Positions 11,656 through 22,258 of a stretch of DNA of 64,000 nt are shown here, in pieces; positions within the stretch are counted from its first letter, which is position 1; the number at the start of each line of letters is the position of its first letter. Origin of the DNA: Naegleria gruberi (lineage: Eukaryota); NCBI GenBank assembly GCA_000004985.1, contig GG738850.1. The stretch is one strand, 5' to 3'. A program made the translations under genes and the position numbers. A model generated the notes under the pieces. The model was not told where the DNA came from. It saw only the letters and a program-made list of their open reading frames with translations, and did no database searches.

Positions 11656-12007
11656 CTTTTATGTTTAACGTTATTTTTTTTGCGAATCACACAATTATTT
11701 GAACAAGAGAGTTTCAACATCATAATGTTGACCATAATAAATATAATAAATAATTTATTTTCGTTTATTGGAAGCAATTAATGACACTGTTTACTTTTGA
11801 ATGGCAATGTTGAATGAATGGAACTGTGTTTTGCTTCAATTCTATGGTTGATGATCTTGATTCGTAAGGGAAGTGAGCATTCTTTCCGTGAGAGGAAAGG
11901 TACTATGAGAGCTACTCTATTTTAACTTCTTTAATTTGATGAGTGTTTGAATTTTGGAAATGGCCTCTGTGAATCGATCTCTATAGACACTGTTTCCAAT
12001 AATTATT

Positions 12008-12934
12008 CTAATGAATATTATGAATCCAATTATTGTTGTAATCAGAAAGAGATACTTTTGAAGTTTTGAGAAATAGGAGAAGTGAATCAAAGACTACATG
12101 CTGTGTAAATAATTCATTTGAAATAGAATTAATACTTACATTTGTTGAATTGATAGATTTTTCCAATATTTGATATGATTCTTTCAGATTCTTGAGCAAT
12201 CCTTCAACATTATCATCTGTTCCTTTCGAATTTCTGATCAACTCTTCAACTTCCTCAATTGATAAGTCAGGATTATTCATTTCTGACAATATATGTTCCA
12301 TATCATTAATTTCTGCCACTTTTTCTTGAATTTTCTGTGTGTAAATGCGTGTTTCTCTGATCAAATGCTCTTCCATCTCAACACATTTGTTTTTCAAATC
12401 ACCAATTGTGATCACTTCAACTTCTCTGGGTGGTAGCGTATTTTCATCTGGTGTCAATTTGTTAATGAGTGAAAATGAAACAATATCATTATTACTAAGT
12501 TCAGATGTTGAAGATGATTCGAGAGTGATCGTCTCATTCAACCAACGAGTCCAATTATCATCCAGTAATCCACTATCTTCTTCTACTTGAATGCATTGTA
12601 ATAATTTAATCAAATATTGTCTTTTTGCATCAACACTTTTTACACCATTTAGGCTTTTCCACATTTTGTATTTCACACTTTCCGAAAATTTAAACCAATA
12701 TGGCTTCATGCTATCTAAACAATCCCCGATCATTGCTTGCTTAAAAAGAGCAGACATTTCCACTTGATCTTCCTCATCAGGAAAAAGATCTACTGGCAAT
12801 TTTGGTAAACCTGTTGTTGTGTTGATCAAATCCAAATTTATCAATTTATTGAAATTACTTTCAATAAGTCCATCCATCACGGTTGATTCTTCATCCTCCG
12901 ATTGAGTACTTTCCTTCTCATATTCTTCAGCCAT
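12008..12934 (-). CDS. Hypothetical acidic coiled-coil protein, 308 aa
   Basis: The ATG is at 12932-12934 and I recognise no family. A 39-nt in-frame GTAAGT...CAG segment at 12100..12138 could be a small intron. Confidence 0.4.
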   Translation of the reverse strand: MAEEYEKESTQSEDEESTVMDGLIESNFNKLINLDLINTTTGLPKLPVDLFPDEEDQVEMSALFKQAMIGDCLDSMKPYWFKFSESVKYKMWKSLNGVKSVDAKRQYLIKLLQCIQVEEDSGLLDDNWTRWLNETITLESSSTSELSNNDIVSFSLINKLTPDENTLPPREVEVITIGDLKNKCVEMEEHLIRETRIYTQKIQEKVAEINDMEHILSEMNNPDLSIEEVEELIRNSKGTDDNVEGLLKNLKESYQILEKSINSTNVSINSISNELFTQHVVFDSLLLFLKTSKVSLSDYNNNWIHNIH

Positions 12935-13111
12935 TTTTTTTAAATTTAATAAAAATCAAATTTAATTAAATTTTTAATATCATGGAAAGGGAAGAACACT
13001 ACTTTATGCAAACAGTGGACCTTCCAAGCAATAAACTTAAAGAGACATAATTTACAACATTTAAATTATTCTAATGTTTAATGGAAAATATTTTTAAAAA
13101 AATATGGAAAG

Positions 13112-16100
13112 ATGAATGAAATATTGAGTAGACTTGATGAAGCGAGTGAATCCTCGTCATTATCACCAAAGGATCTATTGAAATATTTAAAGGAACAGGA
13201 GCAAACTATTGAATTGTTGATCACCAACCATCGGAACGATTTTAACTTTAATCAATTTGTTTTGAAAATTATACATCATGCTCACAAGTGTGGATTTGAA
13301 GAGTTGGTGAGGTTGATATTTGAAAGGATTCAAAGTGATGATTTATTACGAATTTTAAAAGAATCATTGGAAAATTATATTCTTTCTAATGATGATTCTA
13401 CTTTATGTAGTGTAAATAATTTATTCATGGGGTTGAGATCTTTTCAATCACCATTTGGAATGCTTTCGGAAATGGTTAGAAATAATGTACATAATAATTA
13501 CCTATCAAAGCAATACGGAGATAAGAATCATGTATATACATTCCTCAAATATTGCTTCAATGAATTTGTAAATATAGTTTTTTGCAATGATCCATACTCC
13601 TTTTTCAAAAGTTTGCTGTATAGCTTGATTGTGATTAGGAAAGAGGAAGTTGGAAAGCGAAGGAAAACAGTACAAGGAGCAGATGTAACCAGCAAGGGGT
13701 TATACCAATTCAATTTTAAGAACATATTACAATTGTGTGATACAAGCGCTCTGAGGAAACAATTCTTTGGACTTCTTATTCTAGTAGTATTGGAAATACC
13801 ACAAGAAAAATTGGAAACTCTACTTCCCTCATTCATAGAACAGGAAATTTTAGAAAATGAAGAGATTCTTGGATTATTATTGGAAACTCTGAAAGAAAAG
13901 AATGTTGAAAATAGTACTATTGCAATGATTTATAACGCCTTGGTAGTTTTGGAAGATGAGTTAGGACGTGAAGAGGAAAGTAGAGGAATTAACTCGTTTT
14001 GTAAAGTCTCTACAATGAAAGACAAGATCTTGAACGATTATCCAAATATGTTCTACTCTGAAGATGAAGTATTCTTGAGAGAAATCAATGCTACAAACAA
14101 CTTTGATGTCATCATTTATCAGCTTGAGGCAAAATCAATTGAGGATCTGTTGAAACTGTTAAGTTTATCTGACAATACTCATAATTTGACGAACTCAACA
14201 TTGGCTTGCATTTTTATAATAATTGAACGAATAATGAGTGGAGCAATTGAAAGCTCTCTTACCGAAAAATTATTGTTAGCACAACAGATCAAAGAATATT
14301 TACTTAAATTTATCAATTTTGCAACCACTGAGTTCTGTAATTATTACAAAGATATTGTACTGGAGGGAAAGGACGTGTTGGATATGAATCCAAATACAAA
14401 GAGATGGAAAGAAACAATGGTTAAGATATTTCAACTGATTGGAAATCTTCAAACAGTTTTCTTTGATGACAATATCACCCAGGAACAAACGGGCTTAGCA
14501 TTGCTATCTGTAGACAATCAAATCATTCAAAACATTACCTACCTTTACCTGTTTTCCAAAGTATTGGAAGCCACTGGATGTGCTGAGCTCAGTATGGGAC
14601 TTTCTCAAACACTTCTGAAATTATTGAATATTTCCAATACAGATCACCGAGTAACAATCAATAACAACGATATCAAAGAGGTTTGTATCACATTTTCATT
14701 ACCAAAAAATCTAAAACTCTTAAAGTTATTCAATGGATCACTGTATATAACACTCTGTATTATGAAGGATGAAAGCATGAGAATTTCAATGGGAGCGGAG
14801 GAAATTGAGGCAGTCCAATATATGCATGATCTTTTCAAAAAGACTGAAAGCATTTCAATTCCTAAAATTACTGTGGAAACTCTTGGTTTCATGATGTATA
14901 GTATTGTAAATAGCGAAGAAGAGGCGAATAATATTATTTCCAATCCCATGATGTATGTTATTACACGGCTTGGCCCTTTTAGAGATACTATTGAAATCAA
15001 GTTATCTTCCAGTGGAACTGTTAAGACTAATGTTCCTCAACCTCTTTATATGTTGACCAGTAAGTATTTAGATATAATGTTGATTTATTAGAAATGATTA
15101 GAGTTTATTGAGATTTTTGGAAATGACAAAACAATTTCACCAAGAAATGTTTACACTGCAATGTGTTTCATGATTGGTATAATTGAATCCTACTCAAAGC
15201 ATTTTTATGAAAGATTAGATTCCACACCATCAGAAAAAAGACCTGCCATGTTTTTATACATTGAAGAGTGTTCAAAACTTTTAGTTTTCAAATTCTCAAC
15301 CTTGATACCATTATTGAATACTGGAATGAATGCATTTAAAGGGCTAGATAGTATATATTTGAAGGCTTGCACCTCATACATGTCATTTATTAGTGCATTT
15401 CTATTGAAATTATCAAAGTCAAGAAAAATTGAGCTGGTTTCAGTGTTAATCAAACAGTGGTATGATAGGTTGCTCCAAGAACCAAAAAATCCCAACTACC
15501 ATTCAGATCTACAAGCTATGGAACAGGTTCCTGTGTTCTTCATGTTTCATCACCTTCTCAAAACTAATTATTTCTTCAAAATGATGTCCCACGAAGATTC
15601 AATTGTTGGAGTTAAACTCTTGAATTCAGCAGAAAAAACAGGAAAGGTATTTGAATTTTTCTCGATATATGTGGATGCATGGCTAGACATAGCAATGAAT
15701 ACTGATTCCCTTAATTTTGACAAGATAACATCCAAATCATTGACCAAAGCAATATTGGAAATATTTAATCAATATATTTCCGCTAAAGACTCTTTCGAGT
15801 CACTTTCAAATATTGATATGTTTGTCAATTCCACACTCAAAATATTCAAAAGCGAATTTATTAATGATGCAAGAGGTAACCTTTTGAAAATATATGATAA
15901 GATAACAGAGATAGATAAGGTAGCTCTTGCTTTCTTGGACTCTTTGGAAAGCTTGGATAACAAGCATCCATTACATAATTTTTTGGAAATTTTGGAAAAG
16001 AAGCCAAAAGAAGATGGTGTAACATTCTCAGTCAAATATAATACTCTAATGATTTTTGAGAAAATGGCCAAGCACATGAAACGAGTTATTCCCAAAAATC

Positions 16101-17020
16101 CTGAAAAGATTGATTCTCTTATTGATTTTTTGAAAAAGCATTCCATAGTTCAGAGAATGGTTGCAATAATCAATATCAAAGATGTAGATCCTAATATTAG
16201 CGAGGAAAGTCTCACTTCATATTTCAATTACTACGAGTCATTGTTGGATGCAATCCTTCCACTCTTGACAGTACTTCCTAAAAACGAGGAATACTCTATC
16301 AATTTAATTTCTGAACCACCTCTCACTACATTGTTGTGTAAATTATTCCAAAATAACCGAAAGCACATACTGAAAAAGTTTCCAAAACTATTGAGCACAC
16401 TTTTTACTCTCTATGAGAAGTGTCTACAAATATTTGTAGTCTATTCCAAAACATCAAAAGAACATGCAAAATTAGAAGAATTGCGTGAGAAACTCTTTTC
16501 CAAATCTTTCATTTTCATTATCAAGACATGCTTTGTAAATATTCCACTGAGTAATCAAGATGCTTATTTGTGGAAAAGAAGTGATGATCCTGGTAGAGAT
16601 CTTGCTAACTCATTAATTAATATCATTTCAGAAATAACTCAAGCGATAACTTCTGCTCCAAACTTGTTCAGGAATTATTCCCAAGTTTTAGAGGAAAATG
16701 GTGTGTTGCCAATTTTACAGAAAGTTGATCTTCCACATCCAAAATTGAAAATTATTATTGAAAGATTATCCAATAATAACTCATCATCTCCCTCCTTGAA
16801 ACAATATCCTTCATTTGCTAAGCCAAGCTCATCAAGTTCTGTACCACCAGCCACAAATACACCACCAGCAAATGACAGCAGTAATAACTCAAACAATGCA
16901 AGGTTTCAAACTACAAATGCATCATCGTCCACACCAAAACCTCCTGTTTTTAGACCTCCAGATTCGGCTTCAAATCAGACAGCTACCAAACAAGTATTTA
17001 AACCACCTCCTAGAAAATAA
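13112..17020 (+). CDS. Large alpha-helical (HEAT/ARM-like) repeat protein of about 1288 aa, function unknown
   Basis: Gene model is join(13112..15059,15102..17020). The 42-nt intron (GTAAGT donor at 15060, GATTAG acceptor, phase 1) fuses track ORFs 13112..15091 and 15161..17020 into one frame. The second ORF is open upstream to 15098, just past the acceptor. The C-terminus is an S/P/N-rich disordered tail. Confidence 0.6.
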
Positions 17021-17021
17021 A

Positions 17022-17309
17022 TTATTTCCTTCTTTTTTGATTATAATTCTTACTGTTATTATTACTGCTAGAAGCATTAGAATTAGGATTTTTAAGCTTT
17101 TCAATTTCTTGTTTTGCAGTATAATATAGTTTGGAAATATTAACACGAAGTTGATTGTTTTCAGTTTCCTTCTCCTTCAATTTATGTCTTGTTTCATCCA
17201 ATTGTTGTCTGAGTTTTTCCACTTCAGTTTTCAACTCTTCTATTACTTTCCGATCATAGTCCCTTCCTAACAAATCACTGACAAAATCGTGTACTTCTTC
17301 GTTAGACAT
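17022..17309 (-). CDS. Small coiled-coil protein, 95 aa
   Basis: The ATG is at 17307-17309. It has a charged heptad-like coiled coil and an S/N-rich tail. Its stop lies 1 bp from the stop of the convergent upstream gene. Confidence 0.4.
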   Translation of the reverse strand: MSNEEVHDFVSDLLGRDYDRKVIEELKTEVEKLRQQLDETRHKLKEKETENNQLRVNISKLYYTAKQEIEKLKNPNSNASSSNNNSKNYNQKRRK

Positions 17310-17347
17310 TTTTTATTATTAATTTACAACCTTTAGACAATATTCAA

Positions 17348-18808
17348 TTACAATCTTTCAGCAAAGATTTGAGTCATATCAAACTTGATAAAGGTTCTTT
17401 GATAGGCAAACAATGGTCCAGAAGCATTGTCTTGTCTTTCGTAAGCAACGTAGACGTTATTCTTAGCAAAATCAAAAACAGCAGCTTGAACATTACCAGT
17501 GGCAGCCATACCCATAATTTGAATTGCTGTTTCAACATCATATTGACCATAATACTTTTGCATCAAAGCACCAAGACAGTATGAGTGAGTTGGTTGTGGA
17601 TGCTTATCCCAGTAAACAACTTGCTTCAATCTTGGATGTTGTGGATAGACAGGTTGAGTCATCCAATTGTAGACATTGAGTTGTTTGGCACTATATTCAA
17701 CACCTCTGAATTCACCATTAGTACTAGAACCAATACCAACATGAATACTGCAAGTTCTTTGAGTATTAATCAATTGAGTGAGACCAGAATCCAAATCAGT
17801 AGCAAATTGGAGAACATCACGAAGAGCAAAAGTCCATGGCTATATTTTAAATCCATATTAAAATTATATTGTTATAATTGAAATAGCATTGATAAATTAT
17901 AAAAAGGAAAATAAAAATCTTAATATTAAAAATCATCACTCAACACTTACCTTACCAATTCTAGCATTATTTTCTGGATGGCCCAACCAAACCTTTTCAG
18001 AAATGGCAATGCTTGAATTACTGTAACCAGTAATAGAACCAATCAAACCACAGAAACCAATGTTAGCAAAAGCTTGAGAACCAGGTTCAGTTGGGTGATA
18101 AACAACCATAGCTTTGCATGATCTGACAGGACTGTGAATATCCCAATCCAATGCACGAATTTGCAACAAGGTTCCATTAATTGATTTAGTAGCATCACCC
18201 CAAGCTCCGAACATTGAGCATGCAGCTTGAATAATTTCAGGAATATAATTCATACGGATCAATGATTTAAAACTCATTCCAGAACCATCAGCAATACCTT
18301 GTAATTCATCAATGAAACGTTTAGGAACATATGATTTAGTAAATTCATAATTTAAATCAAGAGCAGACTCCAAACCAAATTCAACAATATATTCAGCCCA
18401 TTCCTTTGGCAACTTATCAAGAATATGTGTCATATTCAAGATTAAGTCATCCAAATACTTATCAAAGGTTGGAATTAAAACACTCAATTCAGGTTTAAAC
18501 AATTCACCATAGGCTTTACCCATTTCATAGGCTGATCCATAAACATGAACCAAAAACATGGTATCATCACCAGCACCAGCAAGGAAACGTTTACCATTTT
18601 GTGTTGATCTGACAAAGGATGGTGGTCTTGTATAGATGGTATTAGTATTTGGTGCTCCATCACAATCAGAGAATTTATCTTGTTGTTGTGCTTGTTTGAT
18701 AATGTGTGAGAGTTTTCCCTGTCTCGATTCAACAAGTGTTGTAGAACAAATCGACAAGATAACCAACAACAAGGTGATGGTCAATAAATTAGATATTTTG
18801 ATCTTCAT
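17348..18808 (-). CDS. Secreted Ntn-hydrolase of the choloylglycine-hydrolase superfamily (acid ceramidase/NAAA/phospholipase-B-like), 449 aa
   Basis: Gene model is join(complement(17348..17839),complement(17951..18808)). The 111-nt intron has a GTAAGT donor after ...ARIGK and a TATAG acceptor immediately after an in-frame TAG, in phase 0. The N-terminus is a signal peptide, MKIKISNLLTITLLLVILSICS. A candidate self-processing nucleophile lies at AACSMFGAWGD, followed by LLQIRALDWD. This resembles the Cys...GRNxD(W/F) signature of CBAH Ntn-hydrolases. Confidence 0.5.
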
Positions 18809-19229
18809 GATGATAGATAGCTCACTCCTCCGAAGATTTGGTTTTGTTTTTTAAAAGCATCCAGTTAATTAGCCAATGTGCTTCCTTCCTCACATCTCTC
18901 TTCAAGACAACATATGGAAAACAATGTTCTTTGAAGAATCATCAACAAAAAAAATGGACGGTTGACGATGGAGTAAGCCTCAAACCAAGTTAAAATGGAA
19001 TATTAAATCAGTAAGGAGTTATTAAAGGAGTTAAGAATGGTTTTTTGTAATCTTGAGTTTAAATAAGAGGTTACAGAGGGAGGTGTTATTAGTTTCGAAA
19101 TTGTATGCTCTGTTCAACAAAGTGATGAGTCAAATCATGTTTGCTGCTTGTTACTTATTGCATTTACTTGAACAGTAGATAACTTAGTAAAGAATAATTT
19201 TGTTTTAAGTGTTATACAGAATTTACAGA

Positions 19230-20705
19230 TTAAATAATTATTTCAGTTTTGAGCCAAAATACTCCAGGTCCTCTAACGATATAATGTTCACCATGTGGAC
19301 AAATAGAAAGAGATTCTTCAAATGCAGTAAGTCTTCCAATATCCTCAATAATAAATTCATCACTGGCTGTTAATGGAATTTCAATATGTGTGTCAGTGGC
19401 AAAGACAATAACTTGAGATTCTTGTGGATCTTTAGCTCTCACTTTATGGAAGTTATGAGCGGATTGTGTTGTGCTATTGCTAATGGTTACTTCTTCCACT
19501 TGGAAATTTGATAATGGCAAAACTGTTGTGACAAAGAGAATATCTTCCAATGATTTCAAACAGAGTACAGGATTTTTCTATTCCATAATTAATAACAAGA
19601 TTTAAAACACTCAAAAACTTACACAATCCAATTCTAGGGCTGTAATTCTTTGATTTCCAGACTGTGTTGATAAATAAATGTCATCACTTCCACTATTACT
19701 TCCATTTTGGAAAACTTTAACTGGTACCTTATCTTCAAAAATGTTGGTCAAAGAAGAAGAAAGAGATGCTGCTCTTGCCAGAGTTATCACATTGGAATTA
19801 AGCATAGGTACAATAATCTTTTGATTCTTATTGTTTAAAGTGAGATGTACAACAGAGTGATGTAAAATATTGTACTGTTGGAGAATCAATTTGAGAGAAG
19901 ATGGTGGACTTGGTGTTGCAATTGATATGATATTTCTGGATTGGTGGGTTTGCAATGGTGGTGGTTTTTTCTTAAATGCTGGAACAGGGGGAAGATGAAA
20001 TTTGGACATTTCCATTTTTTCTGCTTCGAATTGGCTCTTTTTTGAGTTAAATGGTGGTGGAACTTTTGGTGGTTGACTTGATCTCAATAATTCGTCATCA
20101 GTAAGATCAGTTGAATCAGCAGTAAGGGAAGCGATTGGCTCGGAAGTATGTTGAACAGAGCCATTTCCAACTAATAAATCGAGGGCTTCATCATCTTCTG
20201 GGCTTTTAATCTCCTCATCCAATCCACAGGTATTTAAACCTGTTTCAGTATTTTGATAACACAAATCAACAACAAAATCATTTGCACTCATGTCCTCACT
20301 CTTCTTTGGGGTAAGAGTAGATTCTGAAGATACAGTTTCTGTATGGAAATAAGTAGTGTTCATAGATCCAAAAGTTGAGAATGAAGAAATCCCCAACTCT
20401 GAAGATGGAGTTTGACTATATTTTTCATGAAGTCTTTCCAAATATTCATCCTCACTAATAGATTCGGAACTACTAACAGTACCAGCTGATGGATTGATAA
20501 TTGTCAAATGATGTGGAGAGGTTGGTGTTGTTCTATTTGAACGTGGTTGTTCTGTTTCTAACTTGGAACCAATAGTGAGAGTCGGTTGTTCCTCTTGATG
20601 ATGATCATTATTACCTGTTACTGTTGGATCAAGTAGAGGTTTATCCGATACTACATCATCGGATGCTGTGAGTTGTGGTGTTGGTTCTTGATGTTCTTCA
20701 GCCAT
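19230..20705 (-). CDS. Hypothetical S/T/P-rich protein with a conserved-looking C-terminal globular domain, about 479 aa
   Basis: Gene model is join(complement(19230..19577),complement(19623..20705)). The 45-nt intron has a GTAAGT donor after ...ITALELDC and a GGAATAG acceptor, in phase 0, linking two track ORFs. I recognise no family. Confidence 0.5.
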
Positions 20706-20950
20706 TTTTTATGTTGATTTTTCTTCCTTGTCCTTTTTTTACATTCAAAGGTAAATTTAGAGGTCGGTAGTAAGAGCGGCAGATGACGAAGTACTTGTGA
20801 AACATTTTTGGAACTCAAATATTTATCTCCTACCAAAAATTACATTATTAATCTTTTATAAATTCTTCCTAAACAAGAGTTTTAATGATTGGGGGAATTT
20901 ATAATTTTAATTAATATCCAAATTTTATTCTAAAAATTGAAATAAAAAAA

Positions 20951-22258
20951 ATGGCTAGTCATGATGAGGAAGTTTACATTGCTGAATTTTATAGTGGTAT
21001 CGGAGGAACAAGAATGTCTCTTGAAATGATTCAAGCCTTTTTTGAGGCACAAGTAAATGGAAAGAAAATTAAATTTAATTGGATTGAAGCTTTTGATATT
21101 AATGAAAATGCAAATACTCTTTATAATAATTTATTTAATCACAAACCATGTGCAAAGGATATTGTGCATATTCCTATTGGTGATTTTCAAAATCATTATT
21201 TTAAATTATTTAAAAATTCATCATTGGAGCAAGCAAAGAAGAAATTAAAAACTGAACAAACAAGAAAATTAATGTGGACCATGTCTCCTCCTTGTCAACC
21301 ATTTACTTTGAACGGAAATAGAAAAGATAGTGAAGATGATAGGTCTAAGAGTTTTCTCTTCTTGATGGCAGATTTATTTCCTCAAGTTCTACCAGATTAC
21401 ATTTTTGTGGAAAATGTAAAGAATTTTGAAATATCTAAAACAAGACAACATTTAGTGAATCAATTGGAAAATTTTGGATACAAGTATGAAGAATACTTGA
21501 TTTGTCCAACACAATTAGGACTTCCAAATCAGAGAGTTAGATACTATTTAATTGGAAAGAGAGTAGCTAATATTACACCTCCATTAGAAAAAACAGAAGA
21601 GCTTAGAGAAATACCATTACATCTGATAACAGATCCACCAAAAACTATTTTAAGAGATCAGGAGCCTTTACGACCAAAAATTGATTTTGAGAGCTCATAT
21701 GGAAAAGAGAAAATTCTACAATTAGGAGCAAAGTTAATCGACTTGTATGATTTAAATTCTATTTTACTCACACCTGGGGAAGAGAAAAAATACCAAACTG
21801 ATATGATTTATTTGAACGAGAAAAATATAACAAAAATCAAAGGTTACAGATACGACCTAATTTTCAAAGATCCATATGGAAAGAAGAATTTAACACCAAT
21901 CAAATCTGAGTGTAGTTGTATCACAAAATCATATGGTCAAGTTCAATTCCTTAGAGGAACAGGACCTATAGTATTGATTCTTGATGAAAATCAAATGTTA
22001 GATATTGATTCTAATGAAACCATTTATAAGAAAATTGATTTTGAAAATCCAGTAGAAACCATGATGCCACTTGGAAAGCTTCGATTTTTACATCCAATTG
22101 AGGTATCACGACTAATGACATTTGTTCCTTGGATAATGAACAACACAGGCAAACTTACCGTTAAGCAACTTTACAAGTTGATGGGAAATTCTGTTAATCC
22201 AATTACTCTTGCAAACATAATTTATTTACTATTTTCAAGTGATTCATTTTTGGCTTAA
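20951..22258 (+). CDS. TRDMT1: DNA (cytosine-5)-methyltransferase-like tRNA methyltransferase, Dnmt2/TRDMT1
   Basis: This is a 435-aa ORF with these motifs: motif I EFYSGIGG, motif IV PPCQPFT, motif VI ENVKNF, motif VIII QRVRYY, and a Dnmt2-specific target-recognition CxTKSY...GTG (SECSCITKSYGQVQFLRGTG). Motif X is GNSVN. Lysine-rich insertions make it longer than a typical Dnmt2. Confidence 0.85.
   Translation: MASHDEEVYIAEFYSGIGGTRMSLEMIQAFFEAQVNGKKIKFNWIEAFDINENANTLYNNLFNHKPCAKDIVHIPIGDFQNHYFKLFKNSSLEQAKKKLKTEQTRKLMWTMSPPCQPFTLNGNRKDSEDDRSKSFLFLMADLFPQVLPDYIFVENVKNFEISKTRQHLVNQLENFGYKYEEYLICPTQLGLPNQRVRYYLIGKRVANITPPLEKTEELREIPLHLITDPPKTILRDQEPLRPKIDFESSYGKEKILQLGAKLIDLYDLNSILLTPGEEKKYQTDMIYLNEKNITKIKGYRYDLIFKDPYGKKNLTPIKSECSCITKSYGQVQFLRGTGPIVLILDENQMLDIDSNETIYKKIDFENPVETMMPLGKLRFLHPIEVSRLMTFVPWIMNNTGKLTVKQLYKLMGNSVNPITLANIIYLLFSSDSFLA

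Noticed and set aside
12100-12138. Possible 39-nt in-frame intron (GTAAGT...ACACAG) near the 3' end of the 12008..12934 gene.
   Set aside because: The segment has no stop and is a multiple of three. Retention and removal are both consistent with an ORF, and there is no homology to decide, so I left it unspliced.
13112-17020. Treating 13112..15091 and 15161..17020 as two separate genes, as in the ORF track.
   Set aside because: The first ORF's stop lies inside a GTAAGT...AG unit of 42 nt, the window's modal intron size. The second frame is open upstream exactly to the acceptor. Both parts share helical-repeat character. I prefer a single spliced gene.
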